Positions 53,084 through 64,000 of a DNA stretch of 64,000 nucleotides are shown one piece after another. This stretch comes from Laetmonice hystrix (lineage: Eukaryota). Where the stretch lies: contig OZ249442.1 in NCBI GenBank assembly GCA_965235115.1, positions 18,848,001 through 18,912,000 on the forward strand, given 5' to 3'. The notes below the pieces were generated by a model. It worked only from the letters and a program-made list of their open reading frames with translations. It ran no database searches and was not told the origin of the DNA. The position numbers and the translations under genes were made by a program. Every line of letters starts with the position of its first letter. The first letter of the stretch is position 1.

Positions 53084-56000
53084 CAATGATGACGTCTGTC
53101 CGACTAGTGGAAGTCGCCCAGTTTCCCTGAGAGGGGGGGGGGGGATTGTAAGGCACTGACAGCAGTAGGAGCGAGGTCGTGTGGTAGGAGCCTATACCAA
53201 AGCTGACTGGCAGACTGACTTGACTGGCAGTTTGTTGGCCATGTGTCAGGCACCGTAAATCAGGTAGTTAGGCCGGCCCGGCCACATCTGAGTGGCAGCA
53301 CCCGAACCAATCCCCAGAGAAGGGTCTTCCTGACCGGGTTAGGAGGGTCCACCCCTCTGCCACAGCATGTCGTAGTAAAACACCACAATGTCTTGTTCTG
53401 AGTTGGGCCACATAAATTGTGGCCGCTGGCAGTAGACACAAGCGGTGGGTGTCAGCCACGGGACCTCTGATCCTCCACAGTTCACCAGCTTTCTATCGTG
53501 GTCTGAAACAGAGTAAACCGTGTTCAGTGGAGATCGTTGTCAAGCAGGACTAGGGGTCGCAACCCGCTGAAAACAGTACACCACATACGTTTACAAAACT
53601 GCAAAACTCCATGGCCATATCAACAAATCACAACTCAAGGACAGGAGAGAAAAAATGTACCCTGTGAAAATTCCTCACAAATTGCTGTTGTACAACATAA
53701 TCAAAGCTGAAATCTCTTAGATCGCTAAAAGTGGCATTTTTCATTTTGGGACCATCCTGGTGCGTACTTGTGTATTGAAAGACATCATGTAAAATTGATG
53801 CAATCGTTTCTTTCTTTTTTTAGACTCCAAAGTTATTTGGGGGACGTAAGTTAACGCTCCTTGCGGTATAGGGAGGGGGTGATGATGGGAGGTGTTGAGC
53901 TGCCTCAGTGTGACAAGGAGTAAAGTTTGGGAGCGGCTGGAGGCTGTAGACAACCATCAGCACGGTCACCATGGACAGTGCCATGGAATTATCTGATGAG
54001 TACAAATACAGAGTCCTTCCCCGTATACAGACACATCAACACACACCGAGGTCTGTCTGGTTATAGTGCTTGCTCCATGGACCAGCCTAAAACTACAAGT
54101 CCAGGAGTCGTGATCCATCAGTCATTGTTGGCTTTCATGGTGACAAAGTGCCATTTATCATTGGAGTAAGTATATGGTCTTCTCAGAGTCCCCCCCCTAC
54201 TGGCGGGTGACCACAGCTCAGATATTACCCACCCCCCACCCCAGAAAAGAAGAAAGAAGGCTTTGACACTAGCGTGTCATCCTTTTATATTGTATATACT
54301 ACCACCCTTCCATGTAATTCTTCCTGCTCTTAGACCTAAAAAGTAAGATTTAAAATAAAGGTGAGAGCGAAGTTTGATCTTGGTGTGGTAATTGTCCACG
54401 TGCCGTGACGGGAGCCGTTCACATGTTCTCAGTGTGTGGCTGTGGGCGGTTTGTGTAGAAGAGCAGTCGGGGCCAGCCAGGTCTGCAGGGACGTCGTCGC
54501 CCCACGCCTGCCTGCCTGCCCGCTCACACCTGGAGGACAGATCTCAACCAATTTGTCGCCTTTGTCACAGTTTAACTGTAGAGCCAGGTTGGCGCTCGGT
54601 GGCTGTTAGAGCGATCGCTGCGAGGAGCGGTTCGAGCGGCGGTGGGTGGTTGGTGTGTCGCCCAAAGGTGAGAGACACGAAGGTGGCGCTCACATCACAC
54701 GCTGCTCTGACTGTCAGCCGACTAACCAGCCAGGCAGCTGACTTTGTTTGACAGGGGCGTTGTCCTGGAGCTGACTGCTAGGCTGACCGTGACAACGACA
54801 GATACCTGAAACCCTTACTAGAAGATCTCAAACGTGTTGCAGCGTTCAGGGGTAGGATTGGAGCCGCTCCAACCAATAGGCAGACAAATAAGCACTGACT
54901 GGATGACTGAACGACCCGCGCAGATTGCCACAGCCAGGGACGAATGGAGGATATACCCCTATGATAACATAACCGCCGAACTGGGGGTACGAGGTCAGGT
55001 TATGGATAGGGATAAGTTATTGGGGACGTCTGGGGACTGGGAGTATAAGGTTACGGTAAGATTTAGGGCTAGGAATAGAGATAGATTCTTTTAGTTATGG
55101 CCACCAACTTTCGTGTCGATGCTACCATGATAGGTCTACCAGAATGCTGGTCGACCTTGCTTAGCCTCAGTATTCAGTTGATGGCGGTACATATTGTATA
55201 TCTCGGATTCACACAACTCATATCTCGAATTGAATGTATTTTATTACACACCTAAATGTATCATGTTCTGTCGGAGTTTATAAAGCTAATGTGTTTTAGA
55301 GGAGAAATCTGAATCTGAATTTCACGCGGGCTATGGAGCCGCCTCCGGGTGGGCGTTGGATCTTTTTTCTGGCCGTTTCTCGTACAGTTATCCTGTTAAC
55401 TGAATGGCGTCACCGGCTAGATCAGAAGAAATCCAAACATAAAACGGGCGTCGATAGAAAGTCGGGTCGGGGAGGCAAGGTCACACCTAGTTCACGGAGA
55501 TGACGGCTGTCGAGAGGGCACATCCTTACTTTCTCAGTTTGTGACACGCATATAATTAGGACTCGGTTTGTGTGAGGATGGGGCGCCACCACCGCCACCG
55601 ACACCGCCACCGACCGGTTGACCTGCAGCCTTCAGGGACAACTACTGAACCCCAATGGCGGCACCCTGACAACCCCAAACTTCCCACCCCCTTTGGCAGC
55701 GACTTCCACCCCAGTCGCCACCAATGTGTTGATTTCTGGACGGGTTTATCAGACTTAATTAGAAGTAGGCACTGGAAGGGTTGTAGTAAACGTTCAGCTA
55801 GTTACGACACCAGACTTGGCCAGACAATGCCCCCATCCCCATGTGTTAGAACGCAGGTAGGCAATTAGGGAGGTGTTGGGATGGTGGGGAGTGGGGCCAG
55901 GACGGACCTAATGGTCGTGTTGCTGTCCTGCTGTGTCATGTTGCATCAGGTGTTATGTCACGAACCTCAACTCGCCCCCGCCCAGTGCTCAATATCTGTC

Positions 56001-56590
56001 GAGGTCCTTTTCATGGCCCTGTCCGGAGATGAGTGTATCAAGTGAGATGACGTCTATGTTAGGGGGCGGGGGTGGGGGGTGGGGGGGGGGGGGGGCGAGG
56101 GGCAGTGGGGTCCTAGGAGAGTAGCCTGAAGGAGGGTTGCATTGAGACGAGGAGAGGGAGGGCGGTGTCGTGGGGTCCGAAACACAAGGACTGTCCTGAC
56201 AGGTGGACAGAGGGAGGGGTGGTGGAATGGGGGGATTAGACAAGTAGTTCTCCCCCTTCCTGGTCTATTGAATAAGTGCTGAGGAAGCACACCACTCTGT
56301 GTGGCACCGGGATTGTTATAACACATTATAACGAAGGCAAAGCTAAACATTTGGGGGACTTCATCGAGACGAGTGTGAGGTCGTCAGTGTTTAAACACGT
56401 CAAGTCGGGGGCCGGACGGACTGATTGGATATTGACTGAAAGGTGAGTCGGTAGGGTCACAGTCCCCGGTGTGACCCCGTGACGGATCCCGGCTACTCAT
56501 CACCCGTCACCCGTATAACCCTGCTCGGGTGGGAGGGACGAGCCGCTCAGGTTAGAGCCACACTGGTCTGTGGTTATAGAGTCGGGGTAG

Positions 56591-57500
56591 CACAGGGCCA
56601 CTGCCACCCTGGGGCTCACCAGATAACCCTTGTGGATTGTCTAGAGAACCACAGGGCCATAGTCGCCCTTGTAGCTCATCTAGAGGACCTTAGAGCTGGT
56701 CTACATGGCCTTGTGATTCCTCATCAGGGCCACTGCCTCCTTGTCATCCTTGAAGCTCAGTCCCAGGGCCATGGTCACTCTGTAACTCAATCATAGGACC
56801 ATAGTCGCCCTTGTAGCTCATCTAGAGGACCTTAGAGCTGGTCCACATGGCCTTGTGATTCCTCATCAGGGCCACTGCCTCCTTGTCACCCTTGCAGCTC
56901 AGTCCCAGGGCCATGGTCACCCTGTAACTCAATCATAGGACCATAGTCGCCCTTGTAGCTCATCTAGAGGACCTTAGAGCTGGTCCACATGGCCTTGTGA
57001 TTCCTCATCAGGGCCACTGCCTCCTTGTCATCCTTGAAGCTCAGTCCCAGGGCCATGGTCACCCTGTAACTCAATCATAGGACCATAGTCAACCCTTGTA
57101 GCTCACTCACAGGGTCATAGTCACGCTGTAACTCAATCATAGGACCATAGTCGCCCTTGTAGCTCATCCTATTGATTCCTCAATAGGGCCACTGCCTCCT
57201 TGTCACCCTTGCAGCTCGGTCCCAGGGCCATGGTCACTCTGTAACTCAATCATAGGACCATAGTCAACTCTTGTAGCTCACTCACAGGGCCATTGTCACG
57301 CTGTAACTCAATCATAGGACCATAGTCACCCTTGTAGCTCATCTAGAGGACCTTAGAGCTGGTCCACATGGACTTATGATTCCTCAACAGGGTCATTGCC
57401 TCCTTGTCACCCTTGAAGCTCAGTACCAGCGCCATGGTCACTCCTATATCTATAATCTACGGGCTCGCAGTCCTCTTGTAGCTCATCTGGAGGACCTTGA
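56591..57500. repeat. Hierarchical tandem repeat with a 142-bp period
   Basis: Three near-identical 142-bp units start at 56657, 56799 and 56941, followed by rearranged partial units. Each unit is built from related 30-45 bp subunits. Confidence 0.93.
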
Positions 57501-59580
57501 TACGGTATGTCGACAGAATCCTCGGGTTAGTATTGTTAGGTGAAACCATCGGGTCATGGTTGTCTGACACGTCAGTCGGTTAGTTTACTGGGTCACGGTC
57601 GGCCCTTGTCGTCATCTAGGAATTGTACCCAGATCAACAATATTTGTAATTGCCTACACCGACATCAGACAGTTGCTGTGAGAAACACACGGTATAAAAC
57701 CAGCAAGGTGAGCTGGTCGCGACCTTACATCTGCCTCCTAATCTCAATTCTGTGAAGTCGCATCCCCGGCAAAGAATCCTTCCGAGTTTGGCCTCAAATC
57801 ATTGTTAGAATTAACATAAAAGGTAGAAAACGACATTGGAAGTAGGCGAGCTGGATAAAAGATGGGATGCAGTTGGTCTGTGTGAGCATTCTGGCGGGGT
57901 AGGGCTGACTGCGCGTCAGGACTTGCCTTTGTTTGCTGCCGCTGATTAGTACAAGAAGGGTGGTTGATGAGGGTGGGGTGACAGGTGGGTCGGGTGAAGG
58001 TTGCAGCATCCTCTGATGAAGATGGCGTCCGTTTGTTTATCCCTACTTGCCGAGCCCTAATGAGGCTCGGGTGTCGTTGGTAACACAGTACCTCGTGATC
58101 AGCCCGCTGCCGTGGACTGTATAGGTACTACAATGCTTGGCTTAATGGCACCATTGTGAAGAGTGTCTGTGCATCTGACACACAGAAAGCCTAGAATTAC
58201 CAAAGTAAGCCATGTTCCTTTGATCTAGTTCACCTAGCTTACCTAGCTTACCTGTAATTACATATAAAACATACCTCCGCTGCTGACAACACCACACGTA
58301 AGGGTCTAAATAATTCCAGACTTGGTTGCCTTGTGATGGCACCGATTGTCAACATGGAGGCCCAACCTGTCACAGTGTCTCTCAGGTAATTACAGGTGTA
58401 CAGGCAGAGGTCTAATGAAAAGTAGCAGTTAACTAAGGCCAAACAGTGTCACGGGTAAAGTGGAACGAAGGCAGGAGAAGCAGAGATAGCAAGTTGCACC
58501 AAAGTGACATGATGGGGGCAGGCGGCTGGATGGGTGGGCGGTGGTGTTGGGGTGGAGGTGGGGTGGGGGTACGGGGTGGGGGTGGGAGGGAGGGAGGGGG
58601 CGAAGTGGCGTGCACTTTACATGCATATAGCGTGGCATGCTTGCAGTGCTTGCTTTGACATGATGAGCCACAGGAATCAGTTCCATGAAGGAGCACCGCA
58701 GGCCGCCAGACCTCCGCCAAGCACAACGCATGCAACTTGCAAGGAGAGACAATACGACTTTAGTGTCAGCAAACCAAGAGGATAAGGCCGCGTATCACGT
58801 GGTACTTAAAATGGCCTCAGTCTTTAGTATGTCTGAATGGTATAACAGCTTTACAAGGGAGCTGATACATTTGGTTGTTCATAGACTATCAGCTATATTG
58901 TGGAAATTGTTGAGACAATTTGCCGCCTCATTGTTACTCGTTATTGTTGGCGTCGTCACGGCTCAACAATGGTTAAAAACTATGGTAAGATTAGAGATAT
59001 GGATGTTTCATACAAGCACTTAAAGAGATGATGCCACAAGCCAGATAGTCTGACACCTTAATGAGTCATTTAGTGGGATGAGATTCTCATTACGTCATTT
59101 TTATTTTCTTTGATTATATGTATGAATGGATGTTCTTTGTCACTTCACCGTTGTCAGTACGTATTTTATGTTATCTGTAAGGGTATCCTTGCCTGGGTAA
59201 TAATGAGATTACAATACTTGTTTTTGTCGGATCCTTTCAAAGATCAGAGCAGTCGTTTTGATTACATTGAATAAAGGTTATTTTTTTTCTGTGTCACGTG
59301 TCATGAAAAGGGCCCGATATTGTCTTCTTATATCTTCGAGCAATGATCTCTTATATCAGGTTCGGTTAGCATTCATTTTTAACACCTGTTAGGCTTTCTG
59401 TCTTCATTTTCTTCTTTCTTAAATGGGGATAGTACGCGCTACCTGGGCTCGTACCAGTATAGAGATGGAAGTTTTACTACGTAATCATTAAAACCAAAAG
59501 GTTAATAGTGGCTTTGATAACGTATATGTACCTGCCACACCCTAGGCCAACTCTGAGAGAATAGCTGTACAAGTCCTGTT

Positions 59581-59612
59581 AGTACATATGTATACGAGTA
59601 CATATGTATACG
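59581..59612. repeat. 16-bp tandem duplication
   Basis: AGTACATATGTATACG occurs twice. Confidence 0.9.
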
Positions 59613-60831
59613 AGACATAGGAGCATTGGTGACGTCTATAAATCCTCTCCATACGGTATCCACTCCCAGCAAATATCACGTAATAATCACTGCCTATGGA
59701 CTTCTTATATCCTTTCTACAAATAATTTACAAATACATTGTATCTAATTTCACTTTTAACCAAAATTTGACCTACTGAACTGTATTTGTTAGTATGTGAT
59801 TGCTAGATGTACGAGAGACGGTAATCAGATCTAAGTCAAATGGGGAGGGTCGCCTTTATAGGTGCTGACCTGTCATTGTTACGGTTTTAAGAATTCATCC
59901 GAGTACTGATTACTTCAAACTCAGGATAAAGTGGAGCCCGATTTGAGCAATGAAAAGGGTATTATTCCAAGTAAGAAAATGACAATTGTAGTCTCATGGT
60001 AATTCGTCTGTTCATTTCTCATCTTGCTGTCGTATTGAACATCTTCTGGTGGGGGTTGATGAAATCTTTCCTTCATTCGTACCGTATCTCTACTTTGTTT
60101 ACTCCCAAACTTCAGTTATCCCAGTGGACCTACTTGTATTAGTCCCATCAGAAGTATCATCATTAGTCATGCAAATCACTGTTATGATCATTCTTTCTGG
60201 GTTTTTTTATATTACTGCTATTACATACTTTTTATATTTATTAATTAAAAGATACGGGTCAAACATGTAAGATATCATTTCCATAGAATAAGGAGAAGGA
60301 TTCGGTCTCTGTCCACTCCGTCGGCATTCTTCTTTTGTATTCAGTCAACTTGCCAGCTCAGATATAGGAAAGGAAAGGTGGTCGCCGATTTTTTTATAAT
60401 CCATTTTTTGCTCTAATAATGGAAGTTGCTGGGAGTTGTCGAGGAAGATTGGGCCTCACTAGAGGCACACAGGACTGGCCAGGCTGCTCATGTCTTTAGC
60501 CAAAAAACTGGAAGTCAGCAAATATTTATGTAATAAGCGATCCATGCTGCCAAGAGAAGCAACGGTCCCCGGGCTCGACGTAAGACAGACAGCGTGATGT
60601 ACATGACGGTGCTGAGCGGGCCCACTAAGACAGACAGAGACGTCTGGTGGCCACTGTCACCTACCTCTCGGTTAGGCTGACCCTCGGACCGGTCAGGCCG
60701 GTCGAGCCTAATGAATTCTGTCATTGTCTTTTATACATGGCCGCGTACATGGCGTATCACTCAGCTTGCCAACAACACCAGTTATGTATGAATTATCATG
60801 TGGTTACGAACAGGTATTTTGGCATGGAGGT

Positions 60832-61084
60832 AGTGGGGGATCCAGTGGGGGGGGGGGAGGGGGGGCTATGGGGGCAAAGCCCCCCCCCCCAGCTGACTCC
60901 AGGGTTATCATGGCTACGGCGCACCTAAGAGGTTTTATACCTACATCAAGCCCGCCCTCCCCGTTGCAAAATCCTAGATGTAGCCCCCCCGTTGCAAAAT
61001 CCTGGATGTAGCCCCCCGTTGCAAAATCCTGGATGTAGCCCCCCCCCCCCCCCCCCCCAGTTGCAAAATCCTGGATCCGCCCCT
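60832..61084. mobile_element. MITE-like element with internally repeated right end
   Basis: AGTGGGGGATCCAG (60832-60845) and CTGGATCCGCCCCT (61071-61084) are a 12/14 inverted match. GTTGCAAAATCCT(A/G)GAT occurs four times (60963, 60991, 61018, 61060). No clear TSD. Confidence 0.6.
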
Positions 61085-64000
61085 CTGGTCATAGACGTAA
61101 AATCGGCTAGTTCAGTCACCAGTCTGAGGGATAATTAAAATGCCTTAAAATGATCTTTTCATGTTTTCGTAGGAAAATACAAGGTTTTGTTTAAAGGTCT
61201 TTGTGTTTTATTAATGTTTTCAACAAATTTCATTCCGTTTTCTGTGAACGATGTCAGCGTGACTCGCCTACTAGGTCTCTATGCAGGCGCAATCGAGAGT
61301 TCAGCTTTCAGGCTGTTCGTTTCTTTCTTGGCAAGCATGAAAGGATTCTGCAATAAAAGTAGCAACAGGAAGAGGCCGTCAGCAGCGAAGCTCCAACATC
61401 TGGTAGAGATAATTTAATTACAGAGAAACAAAATCAGGCTTCTTGCCGGCCTGAAGTATGTATGGGGTTGCTTTTCACAGTGGAGGAGATTCGTGAGTTT
61501 GGGGAAAAAGTTTACCTTTGATATGATTTGCCACCTTCAGTGCTCTCATCAGAGATTTCTCATGGTCGCCTTCATTACTTGGCAGTGATGCATCTTAATT
61601 TTGTATTACATGCTCTAAATGTATTTTTCTGAAAACTTGGCACTCATAATAGTGTCTGCTATTTCTTCTTCATCAAGTTGGGGCTGGCTCATATTATGAA
61701 ACCGGTGGCCAGCTCTGGCAGCTTGAGGATGCCCCGTATTCATTTCACCCTGCTAGGTAGGTTAAATAGAGGCCAACCGCCATGTTTGGGAGGTTTCTTA
61801 TTTGCATCTAAGGCTCCTCCTGTAAATGAAGTGTCGAACGGATCCTAGGGTCTAGTGTTATTAGGACCCTTGACCAGAGCTGGCCAGACTTCCTGGTTTA
61901 CCGAAGGCCCATGTGGATGGCATGTTGTCGAAAGGTCCAGGGAGTTCGTCGTTGTATGCCAGACTCTGCAGTAAAACGTCACTATGCACGTAACCACATA
62001 ATATACAGCCATCTCATATCGCCTAACGCCCAGTGATGGCTATTGTGCGTGTTAATTGCAACACCCGTCACCTTATTAGTCTTATATAAGTGCCTGGGTG
62101 GGAATGTGTTCAGCTATGGCAGGCAGAGCCGTTGCTGTATTCATAAGTTACGTGGTTTTTATACATGTTAATCCGTATACAAGCACGGCTGGAGGGTTAT
62201 GTGTTGTATATCATTAGGTGGTCAATTCATTAATAGTGCACATTCAGCAGATTCCTCCGCACCGGTGATTGTACCAACCGAGTGTTGCTAACCAGGACCC
62301 CACCATGGGGTGGACCTCTCCACCACCGCGGCACAGTCCGGGAGGATCCTGTCACAGTTCTTCATCACACAACCTAGTATTTGGTATTAATATAAAACCG
62401 TAAATAATTTAAAGATATACATGTCAGAGCTCCCAGGAAAGACAAAGAAGTTAAGGATTGACCTTTGCGGTTCTGGGAACTCTGTGTAGAAAAGTCATTA
62501 TGTATGGGTTAGGTGTAACTGTGACCTGACTTTCGTTGTTGAAGTATTATTTAAGAGAAACTTTACATAAATGAGTAGTATTGGTAGAAGTCAAATGCTT
62601 AGTAATAAAACGGAAAACACACATTCGATTCGAAATAATGAAAATGAGCATCTTTTGGTATCATTGGTTGAATCTTTCTAAATCTCTCTAAATCTGTTTT
62701 AGAAATGGCAAGATGACGACAGTAAGTTTTAAAAGTCCTCAAAATTAGGTAAGGAGGGGTTTCTCAGGGGACACTGCACAGCCAGTTGATCTTGGTCTTT
62801 TCAAAAATGTCTATGAAACAAACATTTCAGTCAGGATCACACCCAGTAGGAAGGTACAATGATCAGATAGATGTGCGTGTGTATGCAACCCTAGCCAGAC
62901 GTTGTTCACTATCTGGGGTGAGATGAAGATGTCTGTGATGTAGGTGGGGTGGTGCCCGCCTTATGTAACCCTGCTACCCTCTGTCTGAGAGGGCCAGGGT
63001 CAAGTTTACGTGCTGCATGCATGGACCAGGGAGTCAGAATACGCTTTCTTTCATCTCTTCTCTTTCTGGTTCACTTGTCTTAGCTTTCCACCTCTCGGGA
63101 TCCAGGAACCAGCAAATGAAATGTTGGCACATAGCTCATTATGGTCGGACATCAAAGTGGATGAAGAATCAGAGTCAGGTATGGCACAAAGAAGGGCCCA
63201 GGGACATTAATGTAATTAGAGAAGACTGCAGTAACAGCACTGGTATAAAGATATGGAGTAACCAGGTATAACACTAATGTTTATCATACGACGACGCCCG
63301 ACCAATCTGCTATCCAAGTTCGCAGTCACTAGTCTGTCATGCAGGTACCGCGCAGGGAGCAAAACGGTTTTGTCTAAGAAAGGCATGTCATGAATCGTTC
63401 TCATTTAAGAGACTAAAACAGATTTCACATTAAGTGTGAATGCTTGACTACAAGCACATCAAATCCGAGACGCTTTATTATCAGGATTTCACCTTTCATT
63501 TTTATGGCGGCTGTCTTCCTAGTAGATCATAATTCATCGCTTGTGGTTGCCGGGGTTGAAACATAAAAATCTGTTACTGTTCCGTCATAGCGGGTGCAGT
63601 ATTTAAGTGGATGTCAATTTGACTCCCACTACATTCATTCTGACGAAAAAGGACTGGATTTTTTGACAGCTAAGATTTTGCTGGCATTTGCAGGATGTAT
63701 GGTTATAAAAGTCTGACTGATTACAATATTTGAGCGGAACATTTTGCAGAGCAATCACATCTTGAGCTGTAAATTACAAAAGGCTTTTAAAAAGACTGTT
63801 ATAGACTCTGATCTCAAGTGTCGGAGCTTGGCACCGACAAGCAACTTTAACATCTCCTTATGGTTGTACAATTACACACAGGCCACCATAAACTAACATA
63901 AGCCCCCATTTGTTTATAATAATGCAGTCTGCCGTCTTTATCTTTGCTTGGAATCAGAATGGAGACTGGAGGAAAAAACTCCCACGGGGAGGTGTCTGGC

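Noticed and set aside
52671-53159. ORFs of 117-161 aa
   Set aside because: Artefacts of the 36-bp minisatellite.
49312-54165. Two donor-terminated plus frames with similar wording (MLPFHGIVVPSITG and IVGFHGDKVPFIIG)
   Set aside because: Both have weak acceptors and little DNA similarity, and strong donor-like motifs occur at about chance frequency in this window.
1-64000. Homeobox, tRNA, rRNA, snRNA, histone stem-loop and conserved microRNA genes
   Set aside because: I looked by eye for WFxNRR codons, tRNA A/B boxes and the mature microRNA sequences I know and found none. A formal tRNAscan-SE, Rfam and Pfam search was not possible.

Overview
This is eukaryotic, most likely invertebrate animal, genomic DNA from a short-read scaffold with two N gaps. 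It is not prokaryotic: I see no operons, rRNA, tRNA, CRISPR arrays or recognisable protein domains. The window is almost entirely non-coding (intronic or intergenic). The longest supplied ORFs are artefacts of stop-free tandem repeats or of N gaps. Well supported features are four minisatellites (31, 48, 40 and 36 bp units), one hierarchical 142 bp repeat, several MITE-like inverted-repeat elements and some microsatellites. Weakly supported features are a CpG-rich promoter-like region at about 4.1-6.0 kb and some candidate minus-strand exons between 11 and 4240 and at about 12.9-13.05 kb. I cannot confirm a new biological system. The best leads are a run of GAC...GTC stem-loops at 3.6-4.0 kb, a minisatellite that appears to have grown out of a hairpin, and a triple tandem AG|GT splice-like motif at 58.2 kb. 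All counts were made by eye.
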